A stretch of DNA of 64,000 nt from Blasia pusilla (taxonomy: Eukaryota): assembly GCA_050084515.1 (NCBI GenBank), contig CM114271.1:18414001-18478000 (forward strand), in the 5' to 3' direction. The position numbers and the translations under genes were made by a program. Of the stretch, positions 40,090 through 53,142 are shown piece after piece. Every line of letters starts with the position of its first letter. The first letter of the stretch is position 1. The notes under the pieces were generated by a model, which worked only from the letters and a program-made list of their open reading frames with translations, was not told the origin of the DNA and made no database searches.

Positions 40090-40795
40090 TTTTCCTTCAG
40101 TATGAGAGACTTGGGTACACTAAAGGGTCCCGGGATACGGATTGAGTTGGCTAGTGATACGCCGATCTTTCGTCGACCCTACAGGTATTCTGATATGGAG
40201 CGAGCCTTGATTCAGAGCAGGAGTTAGGACTTGTTGGAGGCAGGACTTGTGGAGTTATGACATGGGGAGTATGCATTTGCCACAGTCATGCCGGCAAAGA
40301 AGGATATGTATGGCAATTGGACGGATAGGCGGATGTGTGGAGATTACCGTCCTATCAACCAACAGACGAGGTCAGATCGATACGCCATGCCTACTCCTGA
40401 GGAGATCTTTGATGGGGTAGGGCATGCAAAGATCTTCAGTACTTTAGATCTCCGTGCTGGCTATCATCAGCTTCCTATCAGGTTGGAGGACAGGGAGAAG
40501 ACAGCATTCTAGGGGATAGATCGGTTCGGGAGAGATTGCTTGTATCAGTGGAGGTTCTTACCATTTGGATTGAAGAACACGCCTGCAGAGTTTCAGAGAG
40601 TGATGGATAGGATTCTGGCTGGCTTGGATTTTGTACGATGTTACATAAATGATATTCTTATCTTCGGTTCCACGGTTGAGGAGCATGAGCGACAGTTGGA
40701 GGAGATGTTTCGGCGATTGCAGTTACATGGACTGAAGTTACATCCAGGCAAGTGCAGATTCTTTCAGGAGCAGATTGAGTACTTGGGACACACCA
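40090..40795 (+). pseudogene. Gypsy reverse transcriptase
   Basis: RMCGDYRPIN, FSTLDLRAGYHQ, LPFGLKNTPAEFQR, YINDILIF (YxDD changed to YIND) and KCRF...YLGH. Confidence 0.95.
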
Positions 40796-40977
40796 TGGTT
40801 GAACGCCTAACCTATACATAGGTTAATACTGGGATAAATTGAGATACACGTGTGTCCCGTCTGCTGAACGCCTAACCTATACACAGGTAATGACTCAAGT
40901 GGTGGGGTTGGATGATGAGTCTTTCGATCCGGAGGTTAGTGAGGAGGCGACATGTGGTCGTGATATCCATGACGACA

Positions 40978-42018
40978 TGGGACTTTGCGGGACCTTTGCC
41001 ATTGACGGGGCATCATCATAGGTACGTGTTGGTCATGGTGGAGCATTTCTCCAAGTGGATAGATTTGGTGGCACTACCAGACAAGGCGAGCGAGGGAACA
41101 GCTAATGCATTTCTAGATCATGTGCTTATTCACTTTGGTGCACCGACGGAGGTGTTGACTGACCAGGGTACTGAGTTCAGGGGAGGGTTTCAGGCCTTGT
41201 GTGATCAGGCGCTGATAGATCATCGCACCACGTCCAGAGATCATCCTGAGGCGGATGGGTTGGCACATAGAGTGGTACAGACGGTGAAGAGAGGATTGCG
41301 CAAGTATGGCTTGCAGCGGGGACACTTGAGGGAGTGGGACCTACAGTTGCCATGGTTGGCTATGGGTTATCGCTTAAGGCAGCAGGCATCCTTGGCGTCA
41401 GTTTCACTGTACTTTTTGCTCTTTGGGAGAGAGCCAGATGCACCTGCAGCGATTCGACGTGACATGGCGGAGATGTTAGATCTTGATGATCCAGATGTTT
41501 TGGTACAAGCATGTTCTCAGAGGGCAGAAGTTTTTCATAGAGTTATGCCTATGGCCTTTGAGAACTTAGCTATTGCCCAGCATAGAGATACATTGAAGTA
41601 CACGACCATTCGTGGAGGAGGTTATCGTCCAGGGATTAGGAGGTTTCATCCTGGAGATTACGCGTATTTACAGCAGGCGGCACCCACGACGCTAGATGTC
41701 ACTACAGAGCGCATGATCCTACGTGTGCGCGAGGTATTACCGACCGGAGTCCTCATGTTGGAGGGATGGGATGGGATGGTTTGGAAGGATCATGTGCGCA
41801 ATTGTGCGCCATGTCATCTTCCGAACGTAGATGTGACGGTGGATCCGAGCTTGGCAGTGGTACCTGCAAGCTTGAGGTGTATGTTGTGCGGATCTGCGAG
41901 GGGTGCAGCCACCATGTTGGTATGTGATGGTTGTTCTCGAGGGTGGCATATGTCATGTCTGACCCCCCCTCTTGATGTGGTTCCCACGGGACGATGGATG
42001 TGTCCGAGATGTGTATAG
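40978..42018 (+). pseudogene. Integrase core plus C-terminal PHD finger
   Basis: DFAGPLP, VEHFSKW, LTDQGTEF, HPEADGLAHR (usual E lost) and LLFGREP. A C4HC3 PHD lies at 41878-42015. Confidence 0.93.
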
Positions 42019-42649
42019 GGTAGTAGGTCATGTCAGAGAGATGTGATATTTTCTATCTGGAGTTGGGGGGATCCAACTACCAGCTAGGGGGGCGGTTGTG
42101 TGATCTCCATATATATGTATGAGTTGATTTTTGTACATGTGTGGATCGACCCGTGTGTGGGGAAGATTGGTGTTATGTGGTGTAGATGTGACCAGCAATG
42201 TATGTTGTGTAGCGATATGTATGCGCACGACAATTGTGACTATTGCATCCTGAACGTCTCACTCACTCTCTGTTGTTGGGAGATTTTAGAGTCAACAAAG
42301 ACTAATATAACTAGAATGTAATATGCTGCAATAATAAAACGTCAATATTATGATGAAAAAAATAATAACTTACAATAATTATAGTGTGAGTTCTTTTCAA
42401 TAGAACTAACTTAGTCATTTATATGACTAAGCCAATCCAGAAAATAACCAAATTAGTAATTGCATGTGACTCATCCAATCGTTAATATAACTAGTGCAGT
42501 GACCATTATACCAATACAGTCATTTAAATAACTCATGTCTCTACTCATTTGTAATAACTGAGCTAGTTATTTATGATAATGAGCAATGACACAACCAGTC
42601 GCAACTTGACTCATATAGTCATTTTGAATGACTCTATAAGTTGGATTCA

Positions 42650-42822
42650 TAGTACCCATAGCAAACCCCATGGCGTGCTCACGCTCATCAGGAGTAGGCT
42701 CGTTCCAAGGCTCGGGTTTCCTCATCCCATTTCATGGGTACTCCTTCTTGACGAAAAGCATGGGATGTTGGGAAGCTCACCAATGTAGGTAAGGTTGCCC
42801 TCAACTCCTCCACCCTATTAGC
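42650..42822 (-). pseudogene. Third fragment of the retrotransposon DNMT (motif IX region)
   Basis: ANRVEELRATLPTLVSFPTSHAF...ERERAMGFAMGT matches 39436-39610. Confidence 0.8.
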
Positions 42823-43019
42823 TATCGTCTTCGGTGTAGGGTTGAACACAGACAAAGTCCGTCTCCGTAGACATATGCATGTCCATGTCCGCGGACTTAT
42901 GCCCCTCCCTAGGACGAACATGTCTGTGCAGGCTCGGGAACCCGCAGCCCGCACCCGAGACAGCCCCCAAAACCTTCCAAGCCCATAGTAGGCACTCGGG
43001 TTGGCCGAACCCGCACCGG

Positions 43020-43270
43020 TTTTGTGGCCCTCAATAGATCATTCACAAGCTCATCACCATCGTCTCCTTTGTGATTCACAAGTTCTTTCATCGCTGCTCC
43101 CACCTCAACCAAGGAGAACGAATCGTTATATGGGTTACCCAACTCAACCTCATCATCTACCTTCTCCCGTTGTATCTTAACAAACTCTCTCGAAGTTCTC
43201 CTCTTCAAGCGATGTCCGAGGGGACTTCTTGCCTAACTCCTTGTAATTGTCTTCCAACACATGTCAGATC
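43020..43270 (-). pseudogene. Possible LINE ORF2 fragment
   Basis: FSLVEVGAAMKELVNHKGDDGDEL resembles the pre-RT ITxxEVxxAxxxLxxxKAxGxDG motif of non-LTR elements. Confidence 0.45.
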
Positions 43271-46034
43271 TGTTTAGCAGTGGTCACCATTCCACCGTCT
43301 TTTATCTTCAGGGCCTTTACGTCATTTTTGTCCTGGCCTTGTTCAATTTCTGCACTTCCATCCATACTTTTTTCTAATTCTCATTGAAATTGTCATTGAT
43401 GGATGAGTATGTCGCTTGGTTCAATTTCTTCTTGTGCGCAAGCGACATATTCTGCCCACAAAGATGCATTGTCCTTGGCCATGGCACATGCCACATAAGC
43501 TTCCCTTCGTTTGGCAATGGCTGCCTTGAGTTCCAAGGTCCACCATTGGACGCTTCTGCTGCATATTATCAATTTCCTTCCAACAACAATCTCGGCGGCA
43601 TCTGTCATTCCATGCCCCCACCATGCCATCACCACGAGAGAAAGAGATTGATTGAATGAATGAATTCCTAATGTAACAAGATTATTCATTTTCATGGTTG
43701 CTCTTTAAGAGAACTTTATGATGAAATTTTTGTATAAGACGTCATAGAAGAATCCAAAATTTGGCCGTAAATTTATATCTACGTTTATTCTACAGAAATA
43801 TGATTCATTAATGTCATATAATATTCCAAATATTCCAAAATGTGGGAATGTGCAAAGTTGAAATCCCAATATCTATATTATTATGGGAGAGTGCTTTCTT
43901 GATTTGCAAACACCTTTCTAATTGACATGTGGCAAGCGAGCAACAAGAAATTATTTTTCCTTATACGGAAAGCAAGAAAATATTTCCATTCTATTGGCAA
44001 AATAAAATAAATTCCTGCCAACAAGATTAGTACCTTCACTCTTATGCATGGCACATGTTGTCCACTGGTATACTCTTCCTTCGACAACGTCTTCTTCATT
44101 AGAAAGCTTTCTACAACTTGTGTGGATGGAAAGAACATGGAGGTGAGAAACACCTTTTCCACATCATTGTATTCATGCATCCATAGCCCTTGGAGATTGA
44201 AGAGACATCCCAAATAGGGTGGGTGAATACTCCATTGTGTCTCTACGGTAGGCGAAGTATTCACCCACCCTCCATGGTATTGTGTACGGCGAGGCTTACT
44301 ATCTTGAACGAGAGAGAAGGGATTGAGTTAGCAAACGCTTGCACGAAGAGGGCGTGGGAAGTGCTTTCCAGATAGTGTAGCAAGCCGTGAGGGTATGATG
44401 GCACATCTTGCAGGAGTTGAAAGATGAAAGGATGTTAGAATCTAGAAATCTGGTTGATGGGACCAACAAAAAACCACTCTAACCAGACGGAAGACAAGAA
44501 GAGAAGAGAGTTCTGGAGCCGATCACAACAGGCGTCTCCAACAAACTTCTGAATTCGACACATAGTCATTGTTCGCACTAGATCGAAAACGAAAGGTGAA
44601 TGATGGATGCACTCGCCACGCAGCCATTGGCGGATATCGTTGAATACGAGGGTTGGAGCTTCATGACTGTCAGCTGCAATACTGAGATCCGGTAGAGTTG
44701 TAAGTTGCTCTTAGGGGCTCTGTGAGGCAGTTTGGTTTCTGCTCAGTGATCGAAAGTGGCACCTTACCTGTACGTTCAGAAAAGAAAAGGAGCGTAGTGA
44801 GAAACTGTAGATTCATAGTCCAGGAATTGAAAGTACTATTAGGGGTAGTTCTTTCCTCCTTGAATGCTCCATTAGAAGTCAGAAACACGCTCCAGTCAAC
44901 ACATTACACGTTAGTGAGAAACTGTGAGTTTCAGTTCGGGAATTGAAGGTACAGTTAGGTCTATATCTTTCCCGCGTCGATGCACCAATTATAAGTCGAG
45001 TGAGGAAAAGATGCAAGTCAACACGTCAGTGCACGCTGCGCAGGAGCTCACCCCTTCGATTTTCCTGATGTGAAAGGATCCTGTCAGCTCCTTTACCATC
45101 CAGTGCAGTCACGGGGCCGGGCTTATCAGGGTACATCCTGGACGACCTAGTAACATGTCATAGTAAGGAAAGAAACGGGAACAGTATATTCAAAGGTCCA
45201 AGATCCGTCTAGGGAACCGCCGCGGTGATGTTGTACCGAATACTGACTGCATCGCGCCCAGCCACGAACTTGAATGACACTGGTTTCCCCCATGGACCAA
45301 CTTCCAGAGACAATCGTGGAGCGATGGACAGAATGACTGACTGAGTTTCGCTCTGCGCAGCGCACAGCGCACAGGAGCACCTAAAATAGCGTACAACGAT
45401 AAGATGACCAGCGGAGTTACGTCAACAGATTTCCAGGCGTTAAGTCAACCTGCCGCGGTCTGGCAAGAAAGTAGTTATCTGGTCAAGCTTGCGAAGGGAT
45501 AAGCGCCAGCATGGACACCGGAATGATTCCTTACAGCAGCATCCATGTGCGTTAGTCAATGAAGAGGGCCAGAGAAATCTTTTCCAACCTGGAAACCCAG
45601 TGACCCCAGACAGAACCGTAGTTACTAGCTCTGCAGGAGGAAGTGGAGGGGCTGCGCTGACGAACGGACTGATGTATCAGACATAAGGTTTTTGTTCCTC
45701 CCAAGATGCAGCCACTGTACTGTTCGGATGCAGGGGAGCGAGCGAGCAGCACGAACATGGCAGTGTAGTCGTCCGGAGTGGCGCTACCGACAAGGCGAAT
45801 AAGTCAAACCTGCGATGCATTTTCCTCTACGAAGAACGCAGTGCGCGTCGCGCACTGCGAGACGGAGATCAGCCACAGAGTTCGTACCTACAAGAACTAA
45901 TACAGGGCTCATTTCCGGCCCAAGTAAATTACAAAGAGTAATAAAGAAAGTTTCGGGAGACTGGAACAGCCGTGTTTGCAACGAACGCAGGACGAAAATG
46001 ATCACGTCAGATGAACCAGCATGAGAATGGATGG

Positions 46035-48673
46035 TTACAAAGGGACCTCTCGTATTTCCAATTCCAAATCGGTTGTATTATCATCCAAATTTACCGTGTC
46101 CAATTCCATGGTGGTTCTCTCTGTATGCATGGGAAGAACCACCAGTTCTGCTCTATGTAGCTCCTGTAACTGGTAGAGTACGTGCGACATCCGGGGTCGC
46201 ATTGAGGGCACATGCTGCGTGCATGTGTAGGCCAGCTCCACCACCTTCTTCACCTGTGAGTAATTTGGAACGGTTCCTATGAAAATGTCTAAGAGTTCTG
46301 TCCATGCTTCCGCCTGGAACAATGGTGTAGCCCATTCGAAAATCGTCGGAGTCTCTGAAGACTCCCCCTCAGCTGCTACAGTGGGCTTACGCCCCGTAAC
46401 TAGCTCCAAAAGCAAAACGCCGAAACTGAAAATGTCGCTCCTGGTGGTGAGTTCATTGCGATATACAAACTCCGGAGCCAAGTAACCATGGGTTCCAACA
46501 ATCACAGTTGGCTCGTGGGTCGCCTCACGTAAAGCCATATTGACAAGCCCCACACCTACGAGGTGGGGATTAAATTGGTTGTCTAAGAGAATCGCACTAG
46601 CTCGCACATTCCGGTGCACCACATTAGGCTTCACTTTGTCGTGTAAGTACCTGTTAGCCAGCAACACCCGCACACGCTTAGAACGGACACGCGGCCTTCT
46701 GATCTAAGTTTTCAAGCTGGCGTAGGCGGCACCTGAATGCTCAGAAACCCTAAGCAGCTGACAGGCAGGGCTCAAGTCGAAGAGGGTAGAAAGACAAAAC
46801 GCCAAGCTCAGATATGGAGACAATCAGGAAGCCGTACAAGAGAAATCCACAAGAGGAGAGGAGAGGAGAGCGGAGGCGCAGCTCTTCGAACGTAAAAACG
46901 AAGTCAGGAGGGCGGGAAACACTCACGCTAGACTATGCGCAACACCGGTAGCAATTTGCATACGCGTGTCCCAATCGAGGGGGCGTGCGCCACTGGGCAA
47001 ATCATGAAGCCATTTTTCCAAGGACCCATTCGATATGAATTCATATACTATGTAGCCCTCGCCGCGATAAAAGCAGCAGCCCTTCATAGCTACCAAGTTC
47101 TCGTGCCTCAAACGTCCAATCTTCCTCATCTCGGCCATGAAATCCTTCTCCCCCTGAACTCCAGATCTCCTTACTTTCCTAATCGCCACGGGAGAGCCAC
47201 CCGGCAGGATACCCTTGAAAGTATTACTATCTTCTGCAGCTCCAAGTTTGTTCTCCAGCGAGAAACCGTCTGTGAAGGCCTCTAATTCCGCGTATGAGTA
47301 CACTCTCCAGAGAGGAGTTAACGGTGTGGTCGCCAGGAACGTGCGATCTCGCCTGCGCCGGCGCCTTCTCTTCGTCCGTCTGTAGGCGAGAAGCCATATC
47401 GTAACTCCTAAAGTTGTCGTTAGAATGACAGAGCTGACCACCGACAGTATGATGATATACTCCTTGTGCGATGACCTGCTCTCACATGACTCGCCTGGAG
47501 CCAAGCGCACGGCTTTAGTAGGTGGGTATAACAAAGTCAATACAGTTACGGAGGGTTATACGAAAACGAAAATTAAGTGGCAAAATTCTGCAGTCCATAG
47601 TCGGGTGGGACCACAGGGGTTTTCTTCGGGGCAGACTGAAGGAGCAAATTTTAGGTGTCTACCCACAACACGTGCATGCAAAAATCCAGGAAAAGCCCAC
47701 AAAAGCCCACCACTGCTGCACATAATCGGATTGATACAAGGAAACCGCCAAGACTTGAGAAATTGAAGCTGGAATTTTATGCCTCCTGAGTGGGACGAGT
47801 ATTATGTGGGATCTAACCTTGGTCGAGACTACAAATAAGAGGATGCCCGGTATCACAGCTCTCCCAAACGAGCGAAGCATTCACAAGCAGCGCACACCAC
47901 CTGACGTTACTGTAGCCAGGGCAGCTCAGATCCGAGCAATTGCTTTGAGGTGCCACTAGTGGAGGGAAAAGTGATCCGTTCCATCGCACGTGACAGTCAA
48001 TCCAATTTGGCTGGAGATAACCGCTACTAGATCCTTGTGCCGATGCTCCTAACCAGCAACCTCCTGGTCCACTGCTATCGCAGAGCGCTTCGAGAAACTG
48101 AACCTCGGTCGTCGACGCGACAGAAGCTAGATGACCACCCTCCGCCGTGCAAGTGTTTTCGGACTCGTTCCAAGTGCTGAAGGTGTTCATCAAGGTGAAA
48201 CAGCGTTGTTCAACCGGTCCGTCTTGCCAGCCACTCGGGCAATGGCCTGCAGATTCCCAACGCACCCCCAATCAATGGTTTCCTTCTCCTTTTCCATCTG
48301 TGCCAAGGGAGGCACCGCTTTGTGCTCCTGTTTGCAAGATATGTTCTCCCTGAGACACAGACGTAAGCTACCTCGATATAAATCGGAAGTAGAACTAACA
48401 TCAATGTGCAGCCATACGCAATACGCTGAACGCCTAAGTTCATTGCTTCTCAGAGTGCGTGTTGGGTGAAAAGTTCACCCGGACGAATGCACTTTGCTCG
48501 GTAACCTCCGTAGAAGTCGAGAGAAAATATTAGTAGGGAAAACTGGAAGCAGGCCAACCTTACGCTAAGAAGATGCGGAGCACGTGCTTACCACATTGAA
48601 TTGTACTGAGACAGCTCAAAATGCACAAGACCACCAGCTCGTACTTTAGTGTGCACCACAAGCATACCCTCAT
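46035..48673 (-). CDS. C-type lectin receptor-like kinase (At1g52310-like), about 564 aa, 4 coding exons
   Basis: Exons 48673-48592 (signal peptide), 48246-47818 (CTLD: CPSGW, WNESENTC, HLAS, WLG), 47494-46927 (TM, basic stretch, kinase N-lobe) and 46650-46035 (GTHGYLAPE, SDIFSFG). All introns are GT-AG and phase-compatible. The first exon is the least certain. Confidence 0.9.
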
Positions 48674-51600
48674 GCCCTGCCTGTGGATATCAACACCTTG
48701 CGTTAACATCAGAGGAAACAGGAGAGAACCAACATAATCGACAGGGATCGAAACAGATGAAGAGAGGTGGAAATCAGAGCTTACCTCCACGGCATAGTCC
48801 ACTGGAGTCATGTCACAGATGTACGCTCATGCGCTCGCTACGAGGTCCTCATCGGCACCGAATCGTGTTCCGCTCAGCAGTGGCCCTGCACGAGGAATTT
48901 ATCAGACACAGTGAGTACTCACCAGTCAACCCGAGAGCGGAGAGCTGCCTCGCACAAGTGATACAGCAAGGCACTGCGACCGCTCTTGCGGCGCCCACGC
49001 ACGACTAGACGACGTACTTTGCGGCAATACGGCGAAGGATCAGCTACGCCTTTGACTTGGGAATGTTGCAACCGAGAATCCGCGCACGAAGTGACAAAGC
49101 AGGATATGCATCGAGTGGTTCCAGAAACATGCGCAGACTGCGACTGAGCTGAATCCGTCTCAACGCGTAGAAAATAAAACGATAAGATGGCAGAGAACTG
49201 GCGAGGGGGGAAACAACACGATTCGACGGGCCACAACAGAGGTCAAAGGGAGTGAGAGACGTCACAGCTAGACGAGGAGGTCAAAAGGACCTAGGGAGCA
49301 TGTGGATGACAACCAGAGATCGGGGAGCTGAGATGCAACGAGTGCGCGCACTGACGTACCATCAGACGTGAAAAAAGTAGGCTGATGTTCGAAGAGCAAC
49401 CGCCACGACGAAACATGGGAGCAGAGCGGTTGGTCGACTGAGCAGACCGAGACCCAGAGTGAGACCGCGGCTAAGATTTTGGAAATGGGAACGCAGGCCG
49501 AGCGAGGCAGCCGCGCGCGCACGCGATGAGACGGAGGGTTGTGGAAGGAAGCGAAGGTCTGAACCCCCGGGGGACCACCACCACCGCCACGGCCGACAGC
49601 AGAGCAGCAGTGCAAGCCGCCCGCCCGGCTGAGCAGAAACTCGCGAGCGGAGTCGAACGGAGCTCACACTGGAGACAGGTTTATTCCCGTTCCGTCTAAA
49701 TATGTCAATGAACCGTTACTCCAGTTTGAATCGAGCTCCACCCTCTCCCGCATCTCGACCTCCTATGGGGTTGTGGCAGTGGATGCTGGAGCTGGGGAAG
49801 GGTCAGCCTAGGAAAGCGAGAGTACGGCGAGGCGAGGCGAGGCGAGGCGAGCCAGGTGAGTGAAAGGCAATTGGAGGGGAGTAGGAGGATTATGATTGTG
49901 GCCGGTTGGGAAGGAGGGAGGGAGGGAGGGAAGGAAGGAAGGGGGGGGAAGTTTGAACAGGGTGGGGGGGGGCACGCGCAGCAGGCAAAGCGACTGCGAG
50001 TCAGCAGTGTGGCCCGCTGGCGAAAAGCCGCGTTGGCAGGGGCGACATAAAGAGCGAGGGAGTGAAAGGGATGACTTGACGTGCCCCAGCGTGGCATTTA
50101 CGGCTGACCACCGGGGCGAGCGATGGCAGATGGGAGCGACCGAGGGTTATAGAATTGCTGGACGGAGCGCTTCATTCATACATTCATTGATGATATGGTC
50201 TACATACGCCAAGTCGTGTCGAAGGGTGTCGTCGGATCTGACGCCTTTTCCTTGCGATGCTTCGCTTGCAATGGCTGCGGTGGGCCCTGTTCACTTCGTA
50301 TCCGAGATACGCTAGACCAGCGCTCGTCTCCTGCAGCCTGCTCGATGCCGGAGCGCTCCTCCGGTTTGTGGGGTGATATCAGCAGTCGAGCGCAGCTCAC
50401 AGCCTGGTAATGCGAGCGCCTGTGAGATAATGAGGCCTCATAAACGCAAAGTGTATGCATCACCCGACCTCGACGAGCATTTATGTGCTGCTCTTTTAAA
50501 TTCGCCCTTTCTTCATAATTTCTCGACTACGCAATCAAAAGCACGCCCTCTTCTTTCCAGCGCTTCGATAGCCTTTTACGAGCTCGCAGCCCCATCCTAC
50601 TGTGTGGCGGGGCACCTGGTGGTCCATCTGCCAGTCCTTCGCAGGAAAGCTGTGTCGCGATCTCCTCTACCAGCTATATCTTCGGTTGTGTGAACAGACT
50701 CTTTTCGCGGAGGGAGGGCGGTGCAGCGAACCCTCACCCCATCAAACTATATTTCATCGACAGATGCCATTTGCTGTTTTCCGGCGGTGATTGTAAAGTA
50801 GCGCAAGAATAGATAACGTGATGACTGTCGCCCTCCGCTCCCTTCGTTTCTATGTGATTTCCCTGCGACGTTAACCAAAATCCCGAATTCGTCCGCGGGA
50901 CCTCATTGTTGCTTTTGGAGTGAATGCCACGGGATGTACTTACAGGACAAAGAAAGATTTATCGACGCGAAGGTGCGCTCGTCTTGGCTTCTCTTCACTG
51001 GACTTCACCGCATATCGTCTCACGAGTGTCTGCAGAATGTGTTTGTGATGATGGCTATTGCAACGTCTGCGTTTGAATTTTAAGTTGCTCCTACCTTCGC
51101 TCTCTTCTCGGCTAGCGTTCGGCTGGAAAGGACCGAAGGCGGAATCCGGGAGTCGGAACATACAGGAGCTCGGTGCACCCAGTATGGTACATGGAACCGA
51201 CTCGCAGTGCACCGGTAGAGCTCGGATCCCTCCTCAGCTTCAGCGGCAGTTCAGCCACGGAAACCCTCGTGCTCTCATAATGCGTGGCCGCAGCCAAAGC
51301 ATTTCATGGGAACATACACACCATTAGACCACCCACCACCGTTTGCGTTCGTTTCGGTGTCGACACATAAAGTGGTTCTGGTACCTCTCGTACCTCCCGC
51401 GCAGGACGCGGAGTGGAAAATTTGCCTCTCGACGTCGACACGATGATAGTTTCACGTGGCGTGCAGTTCAACTGACCATCACTCTCGCTTTACGGGTTGC
51501 GAGTGATCGAGGTTCAAGCTCCACCCGGCTAGAGTACAGCCGCGGCTCGATCTTAATCATCATTACGGACACCGCGTAGTCTCTCAACCCAGAGATCTCA

Positions 51601-53142
51601 CGTGTACGAGAGACTATGTTAAGCGCCCAGGGGGTCAGGACGGAAAGGGGGGGTTACCGTGTCGCTTTCCTGGGAGTGCGAGACATAATTGAGATGCAAT
51701 CACTCCCAGAAGCTCTTGCAGTAACTTTCGATTTCGCACTAAGTCACGAGAAAGTTGACCGAAATCTATGTCGGATCTATGGCGAAAGAGCCGCTCTGGT
51801 CATACATCTAAGCGGGAGCTACGGAACCGGTTGCTTGAAGCGTACACCCTCAGACTATAAGATCGCATGCCGCGTTCACTAACCCGTGCATCTGATCGAA
51901 GAATCAAAACCAAGATACCTGCGAATTATTAAATTCTCGAGGTGAAGATACGCGGGCAATTGCCCTCAAGAATTCCCTCAATGATGCGGGACTTGGCAGG
52001 GAGACGATCTCCGAGAAAAGACGCGTGCTGCAAAGATTGAGTGAAGTGAGGAATAACCACAGATGTTAATTCAAACAGAGCGAAATGAGTGCCGGGGTAA
52101 AGAGTCGGGAAGATAAAAGGAAAACTCATTAACCTGGGTGCAAATGTCGCGACGTAAATGCAAGACTTTAAATTCCATCCTGTACGGGACGACCACAATC
52201 GATCTCCACGCTTAAAGAGAAGAAACTAAATACATCCAAAACAAAGGATGACATCTATGAGCCAAGTACCACCGACACACGAAGCCGTTTGGCCTCGTGC
52301 TTGCTCCTTGCATTCAACCTGCACCCCTAAAACCGATATCCGAGATTCTGAAACCCCATTTTTTATCTGGTACGCACTAAGTCTCTACACTCCACTGTCC
52401 GAATATTTACCCTCTTCTACGCTCCACTCCGACCACATTCCACGATCGGCGATGACCGGTGCACCGACCACTTCTTTCACCATGACGAGTTCAACGGAGT
52501 TCACTTCGTAAGCTCCGCGCTCAAAAATAACAATGGCGGGCCAGAATCTTCCGAAGCTCCATCATCTTATTTAAAACTTGTTATCCTCAACAATTAGTTC
52601 CATCCAGCTGGCTAGCAAACCGTGGGAGCTTGGAACGTGCTTTCATGCCTAGAAATTAATCTCCCGCGGGTCCCATCGTTAGGCAAATGGGAAGGATGTG
52701 AGACGGAATCGGGAAACTCATACTTTCTGGATATGGGCAGATGCAATAATGACCCGAGACGTCGGACTCGACGACATTTAAGCAGCCATCAGTCTTTGAC
52801 CTCTGCAGTCGAAACGAGTAGAATGCTAGACTAATCAGAAGACCCTCTCTACAACATCCACATGTCTACTTCGGCTGCATTGTCCAAGCACGGAATACAG
52901 TTAATCCAATACCTCAAAATCTTTGTGACAGACGCATAATAATTCCAGGAATAGCACAAAGTACAGTCACCGCTGGTTGGGATAAAATTCACCAGTCAAC
53001 GTTAATTCCATCCACCGTGGCTAATCAGAATTTTAGCCGGTACATTCCACCTCTTGAGACAGCATAAACTGTCATCAGGCAACTAAGCTCTACGATGCCA
53101 AAACTGGAATCCAAATCTCATCAACCTTCCTATGTACAAACC

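Larger units (their letters stand above)
33727..42232 (+). mobile_element. Ty3/Gypsy retrotransposon carrying a DNMT3-like methyltransferase and an integrase-fused PHD finger (defective copy)
   Basis: Termini TGTC...GACA are flanked by ATTG (33723-33726 and 42233-42236). A TATA-like tatataag lies at ~34000. Domain order is gag, CCHC, protease, DNMT, RT, IN, PHD, then a G-rich tract at 42083-42092. Confidence 0.92.

Noticed and set aside
33727-42232. DIRS/PAT tyrosine-recombinase element, suggested by split repeats plus a methyltransferase
   Set aside because: The RT is Gypsy-type, the integrase is DDE (rve) type, the MTase has C5 rather than N6-adenine motifs, and no tyrosine recombinase was seen.
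45784-46005. Small gene just downstream of the kinase
   Set aside because: It is short, has no convincing motif or splice structure, and probably lies in the kinase 3' UTR.
48700-52900. Many 60-140 aa ORFs in GC-rich sequence
   Set aside because: No recognisable domains; the region fits the 5' UTR, introns and promoter of the kinase gene.
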